Shown here: piece after piece, positions 56,035 through 64,000 of the stretch
Layout of the letters: the number at the start of each line of letters is the position of its first letter
How positions within the stretch are numbered: the stretch's first letter is position 1
Assembly (NCBI RefSeq): GCF_055900595.2
Contig: NZ_CM148325.1
DNA: 64,000 nt
Reading direction: 5' to 3' (one strand)
Position numbers and translations under genes: made by a program
The notes under the pieces: model-generated
What the model was told of the DNA's origin: nothing
What the model saw: the letters and a program-made list of their open reading frames with translations, nothing else
Database searches by the model: none

Positions 56035-57363
56035 TTACTGCCAGCTAATCTGCGCCCTGCCGTTTTTCTTACTCTTATACAGCCGCTCATCCGCCAGCAT
56101 TTTCAAACGTTCAACGGTGGTACATTCATTTGAATGCGCTACACCGATACTGGTGCTCAAGTTAATACTCCCCACCTGGAAATGGACGATTTCTTTTAGA
56201 ATCGATAGCAACTCCTCCAGCGTTCCGCCAGTATAAATCACCGCAAATTCGTCACCGCCGAAGCGGTAGACTTTACCTTTATCTACCGGGATTTGTGATT
56301 TAAGGATTTTCACCACTTTCATCAACACTTCATCGCCCAGCAAATGACCGAAGGTGTCGTTAATGTTTTTGAATTTATCGACATCAAAAAGACACAGATA
56401 GCCCCCTTTTTCCGGCAGGGCTTTTAAATCTTCATCAAAGGATTTTCTGCCCATTGCTTTGGTCAGGTCGTCCAGAAACGCCGAGTTATACATACTGTAG
56501 AGTTTTTTGACATCGGCAGCCGAAAAGAAAAGCCCACCGTCCAGGACGCGTTCAAAATGGTTATTAATAATGGCTTCTTTCTCCACAATGCCACGATTAA
56601 TCACTCTGCGCACCAGATAAAGGCAGCTAGCACCCGATATCACTGCCACCAATGCAGCAAAGAAAATAATCAACATACATACCTGAAAATAAACGTCTTT
56701 TTTATACGAAAATACGTACAATCCGGTCGGCAAATAGGCGAAGTGCTCCATTGCTTCCGAAACGGTGAAGATGGCGTTTTTAGCATTATATTCATCACCG
56801 GTCACCGGTTTACCGTTCTTAAACAGAGAGAACATCAGGTTCTCGCTATCCATCGCCAGCGATTTTGACAGTAAAGAAAAACGCTCCAGACCAAGCAAAA
56901 ATATCAGACTGCGATTGTGAGTTACCGGATAGAGGTAATAGACGAAGGTTTTACCGTCAAAAGAGATAAACCCTGTATTTTTGACATGTCGATACTTAAC
57001 AACCTGCATAATATCTGCACAATAATTTTTCTCGAACTCCTTTACCTGAATACATTCGTCACTGGAAATCAGATAAGGACCGACATCGTACAAATAAGAG
57101 GGTGAAACCGAGTCGGCGTAAGCTGTGCGCAAGCCAACCAACAGCTGTTCCTCCGTGGGATTTAGCGTGTTGATGAGATCAATTGCCACGCTACGCCGAT
57201 ATTCAGCAATATTTGCCACCGCAAAAGCAGTATCAATAACGGACTGTTTCAGGCCATACACCCGTTCCTTTACCATTTGAGTGTAGATCCCGCAGGCAAC
57301 TGCTGAAATCATGATAAAAATCAGCAGACTGACTGTAAGTACGAACTTATTGATTCTGGACAT
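56035..57363 (-). CDS. dgcI: Diguanylate cyclase DgcI (YliF), membrane-anchored GGDEF protein
   Basis: 442-aa ORF; N-terminal TM/periplasmic region, C-terminal GGDEF (RFGGDEF). Confidence 0.9.
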   Translation of the reverse strand: MSRINKFVLTVSLLIFIMISAVACGIYTQMVKERVYGLKQSVIDTAFAVANIAEYRRSVAIDLINTLNPTEEQLLVGLRTAYADSVSPSYLYDVGPYLISSDECIQVKEFEKNYCADIMQVVKYRHVKNTGFISFDGKTFVYYLYPVTHNRSLIFLLGLERFSLLSKSLAMDSENLMFSLFKNGKPVTGDEYNAKNAIFTVSEAMEHFAYLPTGLYVFSYKKDVYFQVCMLIIFFAALVAVISGASCLYLVRRVINRGIVEKEAIINNHFERVLDGGLFFSAADVKKLYSMYNSAFLDDLTKAMGRKSFDEDLKALPEKGGYLCLFDVDKFKNINDTFGHLLGDEVLMKVVKILKSQIPVDKGKVYRFGGDEFAVIYTGGTLEELLSILKEIVHFQVGSINLSTSIGVAHSNECTTVERLKMLADERLYKSKKNGRAQISWQ

Positions 57364-57370
57364 ACGTAAA

Positions 57371-59719
57371 CTACTCTTTTACTAATTTTCCACTTTTATC
57401 CCAGGCGGAGAACGGCATGGGTTTCTGGTACAGATACCCCTGAGCCTGAACACATCCTAATTTGATTAATTCGCGCGCAACGTCTTCGCTCTCTACGCCT
57501 TCCGCAATCACCGGGATCCGGTTATAGCGTGCCAGATCGAAAATAATGCGCACAATTTTCCCCGCAGTACCGAAAATATCGCCGGTAAATTGCGAGTCCA
57601 CTTTTATACTGTCTGGATTAATTTCATAAAAACGTTTCAGGTTTGACAAACCGGTGCCAAAGTCATCAATCGATATCCGTACCCCTTGTTTACGCAGTTG
57701 TTCAATATTGAGATAAAAATGTTCATTAATTCGCTCGATCACAGTTTCAGTGATCTCAACACAGAGGCTGTTCGCCTTCAGGCCATTTTCTTTCATGATG
57801 GTGGTAAAACGCTCATGAAAGTGTGGTTCGTTTAACTGCCAGGGCGAAACATTAATATGCAGTAAGAAACCGTCCTTCAGCGACGCACGCTGACTAAAAT
57901 GTCTAAATTCACCCATTGCCGTTTTAATAATCTGATAACCCAGCGCATTGATAAACCCGATATCTTCAGCAATGGTAATGAACTTCAGCGGTGAAATGAT
58001 CCCCCGCTCCGCAGACACCCAACGGCACAACGCCTCCGCGCCCAGAATGGCGCGGGTGTTAATATCAACGATCGGTTGATAGACCAGGAATAGTTCGCCA
58101 ATTTCCATTGCATGGCGAATATTACGCGCAATCCAAATATTCTCTTCTATTTCGTTGAGCTTCGCGTCATCACAGAAAATAAACTCTGAGAACATATGGT
58201 CACGGATACTGGAAATCGCCAGTTTCAGTTTTTCTGCGTAACTCCAGGCGTTTTCTCCCTGCAAAGGTTCACAAATAGCAGACTTATGGATGCGCAGATT
58301 GCGGTAGCCAAAGCTGCTGTCAAAATCGTTTATCGTCGCTATCTTACGGGTAAACGTCTGGACATTTTCCCGGCACAGGAGTAAATAAAGATCGGCATTG
58401 AATGTCACGATATCGCAGCATTGTGCATATTTCTCGGCAATTCGCTGACACAGTTTTCTGACGATTTTATTACGCTCATCGACACCAAACACCGCTTCAA
58501 CGGCTTCCAGGCCACACAGTTTGATGATCCCCACAGCCAGATACTGATTATTGTTGGACTCAATAATCGCCATATTTTTAATAAAACCGCTTTCTTGATC
58601 GTAAGAGATCAGCGAGAGCAATTTATTCGAACGTTCAATTTCGGCATCTTTCATTTCCGCGATCGAATTTTTGATGCTGATAATCTCTTTCGCATCGCCT
58701 TCGCGAATTTTCAGAGCCTCGATTTGATCCGTTGAGTCGGGCAAAAATGCCAGCGTATTAACCAGCTCGGTCATTTCAGAAAATTGCCGACGGAACACAC
58801 GAGTGGTCATTAAATAAACCACCAGCAATACGATAATAATGAAAGCAAACGGCAGATAAAAAAGTTTATCTGATGCGTTCAATAAATTACCGCCAGGATA
58901 ATAAAAATAGATTTCGAATAATGCGTTGTTTGGCACCGCTGATGTTTTTTCGATATATTCAGTATCGACAGAATCAATAATATTATAATTGCCTTCGCTA
59001 TTATAAATAATCAGTTTTTCACGAGCGAGTTGATTCTTGGCAATGATCTCATGGCCTTATTTCAAAAATAGAACTTCATCATTAGCGCTGATTTGATCAA
59101 GATACTCGTTCAGATATCGCCAGTTTAAATCGACATGAATTTTATCCACCACTAACAAATCGTGATCTTTGCCGTTGATGCGTAGCGTAAAAGAGATACA
59201 TTTTTTACCCGGACGATCAAAGCAATTGTATGCCGGATTCCAGCTGTTGTTAGAGTCATCTGAAGCCACAGACCACGGTCGTTTCGATGGGTTAAAATCG
59301 GCAAAAATAACCCGCCCTGACTCGTCGACAAGCGGTCCATTTACTTGTTCCTGATGATAAACAGCGATTTTATCATTTGCCCTCCGTGAAAAGAGATAAT
59401 ATTTATTATCATCAAGTACCAGTCCCACCGAGTCTAAAAATGGCATCATTTCCATTTTAAGGATCACAGCGCGTTGAATCTCCTCTGTATTTTTTAATAA
59501 ATACAGTGAGTCCTTTAATGTCAGGGCCGAACGTTCAATATCTTTAAAGAAATAGCCAACGTTTTTCTGAATAAGTTCAAAGCGGCTATCGGCACGTTTT
59601 ACCGCGCGTTCCGATACCAGTTGATAGTTAATGATGAAAAAAAGGCCAATAAATGACAGTGCTGCCAATAAAAATAAAATTATCAGCCTTATCTTTATCT
59701 TTTCGTATAAACTCAGCAT
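57371..59719 (-). pseudogene. pdeI: c-di-GMP phosphodiesterase PdeI (YliE), interrupted by an in-frame TAA at codon 221
   Basis: ORFs 59057-59797 and 57371-58936 are in the same frame; my translation of 58937-59056 has no stop, so the only interruption is the TAA at 59057-59059 (+ strand tta), reading ...NDEVLFLK*GHEIIAKNQLAREK...; EAL motif (GAEALCRW) lies downstream of the stop; full frame from MLSLYEKIKIRL would be 782 aa. Confidence 0.8.
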
Positions 59720-59896
59720 GTTAATACATTTAACAAAATAACTGTCTGAACGCTGTGCCGCTGCAAAAACAGTCCCTTGCTGCGGCTTTTTAACCAAATT
59801 ACCCGATTCTACAAAATCAGCAGAAAGTTACAACACTTGCTTAGGGCAATAATTTCCTGTGAGGTGATTACCCTTTCAAGCAATATTCAAACGTAA

Positions 59897-60808
59897 CTAT
59901 CCTTTAATTTTCGGATCCAGCGCATCGCGTAAACCATCACCCAACAAATTGAACGCCAGTACAGTCAGAAAAATAGCCAGGGCCGGAAAAATAGCGACAT
60001 GCGGCGCGATAACCATATCCGCTCGTGCCTCATTGAGCATTGCTCCCCACTCTGGTGTCGGCGGCTGCGCACCGAGGCCGAGAAATGACAGGCTGGCCGC
60101 AGAGATAATCGAGGTACCGATGCGCATGGTGAAAAACACCACGATAGACGAGACGGTCCCAGGCAAGATATGACGCAATAAAATGGTCATATCGCTGGCA
60201 CCAATACTGCGTGCTGACTCAATAAAGGTTTGCCGTTTCAACACCAGCGTGTTGCCGCGCACCAGGCGGGCAAACGCGGGGATGGAAAAAATGGCAACGG
60301 CGATAATCACGTTAGCGATGCCGCTTCCCAACACCGCAACAACAGCGATGGCCAGCAAAATACCCGGGAAGGCAAACAGCACATCGCAAATGCGCATGAT
60401 CAGCCGATCCCACCAGCCTTCATAATATCCCGCCAGCAAGCCCAGCAACGTCCCGATCGCCGCACCGATAAACACGGCAAACACGCCCGCCGCCAGCGAG
60501 ATTTGCGCACCAACCAGGACACGGCTGAAAATGTCGCGTCCCAGTGAATCGACGCCAAACCAGTGCTGCAAAGAAGGTCCGTTATTCAGATTGTCATAAT
60601 CGAAAAAATTTTCGGCGTCATAGGGGGCAATCCAGCGTGCAAAAATGGCCACCACAATCAATAAAATGACGAATAATGCGGCGGCCATCGCCATATGCTG
60701 ATGGCGAAATCGTCGCCAGAATTCATGCCACGGTGTACGTACCTGGTCAGGTTTAACCAATGGCATGGCGTTTAACACCGCCTGACGTCGCCAGTTAAAT
60801 ATTCGCAT
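59897..60808 (-). CDS. gsiD: Glutathione ABC transporter permease GsiD
   Basis: 303-aa membrane ORF; operon order gsiA-B-C-D on the minus strand. Confidence 0.9.
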   Translation of the reverse strand: MRIFNWRRQAVLNAMPLVKPDQVRTPWHEFWRRFRHQHMAMAAALFVILLIVVAIFARWIAPYDAENFFDYDNLNNGPSLQHWFGVDSLGRDIFSRVLVGAQISLAAGVFAVFIGAAIGTLLGLLAGYYEGWWDRLIMRICDVLFAFPGILLAIAVVAVLGSGIANVIIAVAIFSIPAFARLVRGNTLVLKRQTFIESARSIGASDMTILLRHILPGTVSSIVVFFTMRIGTSIISAASLSFLGLGAQPPTPEWGAMLNEARADMVIAPHVAIFPALAIFLTVLAFNLLGDGLRDALDPKIKG

Positions 60809-60810
60809 CC

Positions 60811-61731
60811 TTACTTGTACCTGATAGCCGGGTTAATGGCGGCATAAAGCACATCCACCACTAAGTTGATAAGAATAAATTCCAGCGAGAAAAGCAGAAT
60901 TTCCGCCTGAATCACCGGGTAATCGCGCATTTCTACGGAGTCGACGAGTAAGCGTCCAAGTCCGGGCCAGTTGAAGACTTTCTCCACCACAATGGAACCA
61001 CCGAGTAAAAAGCCAAACTGTAAGCCCATCATGGTCACTACCGGGATCATCGCATTGCGTAACCCGTGTTTGAGGATGACCCAGGTTTCGCTCACCCCTT
61101 TCGCCCTCGCGGTACGCATATAATCTTCGCTTAAAACGTCGACAAACGATGCGCGGGTAAAGCGCGCCATCACGGCTGCCACTGCCGCGCCGAGCGTCAG
61201 GGAGGGTAAAATGTAGTGCTGCCAACTGTCTGCACCTACGGTGGGTAACCAGCCAAGTTCAACTGAGAAAACCTGAATCAACAGTATTCCTAACGCAAAT
61301 GCCGGGAATGAAATCCCTGATACCGCGATAGTCATACTTAATCGATCCGGCCAACGGTTACGCCAGACAGCGGCGATAATACCAGCCCCCATGCCGAACA
61401 GCACCGCCCAGGTCATACTGGTAATAGTCAACCATAGAGTAGGCATAAAGCGGCTGGCAATCTCATCGGCAACGGGACGACGCGACACCATCGACAGGCC
61501 AAAATCGCCCTGTACGGCATTGGTGATATAGTGCCAGAACTGGTGATACAGTGGCTGATCCAACCCCAGTTGCTGACGCACCAGCTCGATGACCTGCGCA
61601 TCGGCTTCTGGTCCGGCAATCAATCGCGCTGGATCGCCGGGGAGCATATGAACAAACAAAAACACCAGCACCGAGACGATAAACAGCGTCGGAATCAACC
61701 CCAGTAAGCGTTTGATAACGTAATTAAGCAT
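60811..61731 (-). CDS. gsiC: Glutathione ABC transporter permease GsiC
   Basis: 306-aa membrane ORF; operon position. Confidence 0.9.
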   Translation of the reverse strand: MLNYVIKRLLGLIPTLFIVSVLVFLFVHMLPGDPARLIAGPEADAQVIELVRQQLGLDQPLYHQFWHYITNAVQGDFGLSMVSRRPVADEIASRFMPTLWLTITSMTWAVLFGMGAGIIAAVWRNRWPDRLSMTIAVSGISFPAFALGILLIQVFSVELGWLPTVGADSWQHYILPSLTLGAAVAAVMARFTRASFVDVLSEDYMRTARAKGVSETWVILKHGLRNAMIPVVTMMGLQFGFLLGGSIVVEKVFNWPGLGRLLVDSVEMRDYPVIQAEILLFSLEFILINLVVDVLYAAINPAIRYK

Positions 61732-61748
61732 TCCACTCCCTGCGTTGC

Positions 61749-63287
61749 TTATTGCAAATCCGCGTCTTCAAAGCTGAAACCGGTGTCTGGCATGATCCAA
61801 AAACCGGTCAGGTTTTTACTGTGTGCCGACACCAGTTTTTCTACCACCAGCGGGATCCACGGCGACTCTTGCCAGATGATATCCTGCACCGCCTTATATA
61901 AACGGGTCTTTTCTGCCGGATCATTAGTTTTCAGTGCCTGAGCCAGGAAGTCATCCACCTGTTTATTGCTGTAAAACGCGGTATTAAACAGCGTCGGTGG
62001 CCAGTTCTGCGAGGCAAACAGCGGCGATAGTGCCCAGTCAGCTTCGCCGGTTGAAGCCGACCAGCCAGTGTAGAACATCCGCACGCCGCTCTCTTTTTGC
62101 CCTTTACCTTCAACTTCTGCCGCCCGCTGTCCGGCATCCATCGCAGTCACCTGGGCTTTAATCCCGACCTGCGCTAACTGCTGCTGGGTAAATTGCAGCA
62201 CTTTCTGCGCGGTGCTGTGGTTATGTGACGACCACAGCGTGGTGCTGAAACCGTTGGGATATCCCGCCTCTTTCAGTAATTCGCGCGCTTTCACTGGATC
62301 GTAAGGCCACGGTTTATAACTTTGCGCGTAGGCGATACTTGGCGGTACCACACCAGTAGCTGGCGTTGCATAGCCCGCGAAGGCTACTTTCACCAGCGCC
62401 GGGCGGTTAATGGCGTAATTCAGCGCCTCACGGACCTTCGGGTTATCGAACGGCTTTTGCGTCACGTTCATACTGATATAACGCTGCATAATTGACGGAC
62501 TGGCCATCAACTCGATATTTTTGTTTTTCTCCAGCAGTGCGGCCTGCTCGTAGGGAATGGGGAAAGCAAACTGCGCTTCACCGGTTTGCAGCATTGCCGC
62601 GCGGGTGTTGTTATCCGCCACCGGACGCCAGGTTATGCTGTCCAGTTTGGGCAATCCTGGCTGCCAGTAACCCGCGAATTTTTTCACTTTCACAAAATCG
62701 GTCTGATTCCAGGTATCCAGTTCATACGGCCCGGTTCCCACCGGATGAAAACCAATATCCTTGCCATATTTTTCCAGCGCTGCCGGTGAAATCATCGCGG
62801 TCGCCGGATGGGCAAGAATATTAATAAACGCTGAAAACGGCTGTTTGAGGGTAATCTTTACCGTTGTCGGATCGATCGCTTCCGTTTTGGCAATATTCTT
62901 ATACAGGTTATAGCGTTTAAGATGATTCGCCGGATCGCTGGCCCGGTCCAGATTCGCTTTTACCGCCGCTGCGTTGAAATCGGTGCCATCCTGGAATTTA
63001 ATTCCTTCCCGCAGTTTCACGGTGTAAGTAAGGCCGTCATCGGAAACGGTATAACTCTCCGCCAGCACGTTTTTCAGTTTCATCTCTTTATCGAGACCGA
63101 ACAGCCCCTGGTAAAACGATTTCGCTACGGCCTGAGATAACGTGTCATTCGCGTCATATGGATCGAGCGTGGTGAAGTTCGATCCTACCGCCACCACCAC
63201 ATCTTTGGCAGCGAATGCACAAGATGCCATCAACGCTGTCGCAATGCCCAGCGCCACTAACCCACTACGGTGTACAGCTCTTGCCAT
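61749..63287 (-). CDS. gsiB: Glutathione-binding periplasmic protein GsiB
   Basis: 512 aa from [26 protein letters not shown]; family-5 solute-binding protein; the ORF track extends 89 codons upstream. Confidence 0.9.
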   Translation of the reverse strand: MARAVHRSGLVALGIATALMASCAFAAKDVVVAVGSNFTTLDPYDANDTLSQAVAKSFYQGLFGLDKEMKLKNVLAESYTVSDDGLTYTVKLREGIKFQDGTDFNAAAVKANLDRASDPANHLKRYNLYKNIAKTEAIDPTTVKITLKQPFSAFINILAHPATAMISPAALEKYGKDIGFHPVGTGPYELDTWNQTDFVKVKKFAGYWQPGLPKLDSITWRPVADNNTRAAMLQTGEAQFAFPIPYEQAALLEKNKNIELMASPSIMQRYISMNVTQKPFDNPKVREALNYAINRPALVKVAFAGYATPATGVVPPSIAYAQSYKPWPYDPVKARELLKEAGYPNGFSTTLWSSHNHSTAQKVLQFTQQQLAQVGIKAQVTAMDAGQRAAEVEGKGQKESGVRMFYTGWSASTGEADWALSPLFASQNWPPTLFNTAFYSNKQVDDFLAQALKTNDPAEKTRLYKAVQDIIWQESPWIPLVVEKLVSAHSKNLTGFWIMPDTGFSFEDADLQ

Positions 63288-63306
63288 TTTATTCTCCGCC
63301 TGAATG

Positions 63307-64000
63307 TTATCTACGCATGAATGCGTATTCTGATTGTGGTTGTGCGACGTAATGCCCCGGCCCGACGCATTGCAACGAGACGGCTGCAACCTCTTCGCCA
63401 CGCAGATGAATATTGCTGGGAAGATCGTCCGACAGCAGTACACGCTGCGGTCGTTGTCGGGACGGTTCAGCGACCGGAACTGCCGCCAGTAATTTACGCG
63501 TATAAGGATGCTGCGGGTTTTCAAAGACCGCGCGCCGTGGACCAATTTCAACAATTTGTCCGAGATACATCACCGCCACACGATGACTAATCCGCTCTAC
63601 AACGGCCATATCGTGGGAGATAAACAGATACGCAATGCCGAAATCACGCTGGAGATCGAGCAACAAGTTGATAATCTGCCCGCGAATAGAAACATCCAGC
63701 GCTGATACGGCTTCATCGGCAATGATCACTTTTGGATTCAATGCCAACGCGCGAGCAATGCAGATGCGCTGGCGCTGACCGCCGGAAAACTCATGCGGGT
63801 AACGCCAGGCATGTTCAGGTAACAGGCCCACGCGCTCTAGCAACCACGCAACGCGTGCAGCCGCTTCTTTACCTGGCAATAAACCGTGTACGCGCAGCGG
63901 TTCGATAATCGAATCACCGATGGTCTGACGTGGGTCCAGCGAAGCGTAAGGGTCCTGAAAAATAAACTGAATATCGCGACGCAATGCCTGAAGTTTGCCG
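63307..64000 (-). CDS. gsiA: Glutathione ABC transporter ATP-binding protein GsiA (3' part; 5' end outside window)
   Basis: Minus-strand frame open to the window edge; second ABC domain with signature SGGQRQR and Walker [13 protein letters not shown]. Confidence 0.88.
   Translation of the reverse strand, partial: GKLQALRRDIQFIFQDPYASLDPRQTIGDSIIEPLRVHGLLPGKEAAARVAWLLERVGLLPEHAWRYPHEFSGGQRQRICIARALALNPKVIIADEAVSALDVSIRGQIINLLLDLQRDFGIAYLFISHDMAVVERISHRVAVMYLGQIVEIGPRRAVFENPQHPYTRKLLAAVPVAEPSRQRPQRVLLSDDLPSNIHLRGEEVAAVSLQCVGPGHYVAQPQSEYAFMRR

Overview
This window reads as an enterobacterial (Escherichia coli-type) core chromosome segment, collinear with the K-12 gsiA-to-cydD region as I recall it, but in inverted orientation. 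Gene order on the + strand: cydD(partial)-cydC-aat-infA-serW-clpA-clpS-cspD-macB-macA-ybjX-ybjD-aqpZ-lysO-hcp-hcr-poxB-ltaE-ybjT-ybjS-amiD-ybjQ-[insertion]-ybjP-artPIQM-artJ-rlmC-ybjO-potIHGF-ybjN-rimK-nfsA-ybjC-grxA-ybjM-ybjL-rybB-rcdA-ybjJ-ybjI-ybjH-mdfA-ybjG-deoR-dacC-gstB-yliI-bssR-rimO-dgcI-pdeI-gsiDCBA(partial). All identities are inferred from the supplied translations, recognisable motifs, protein lengths and synteny; no database search was run. Three things depart from the backbone. (1) A roughly 2.4 kb visibly AT-rich segment between ybjQ and ybjP carries a 589-aa ORF with a Ser/Asn/Gln-rich N-terminus and about 20 tandem pentapeptide repeats; this is the main accessory candidate, plausibly a horizontally acquired type III effector-like (EspX-like) protein. 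(2) potF and (3) pdeI each carry a single in-frame TAA stop inside an otherwise full-length reading frame. No transposase, integrase, CRISPR array or rRNA was seen. Also present: tRNA-Ser(GGA), the RybB sRNA with a sigma-E-like promoter, two REP/BIME clusters, several intrinsic terminators, an FNR-type site upstream of hcp and ARG-box-like operators upstream of artJ and artP.
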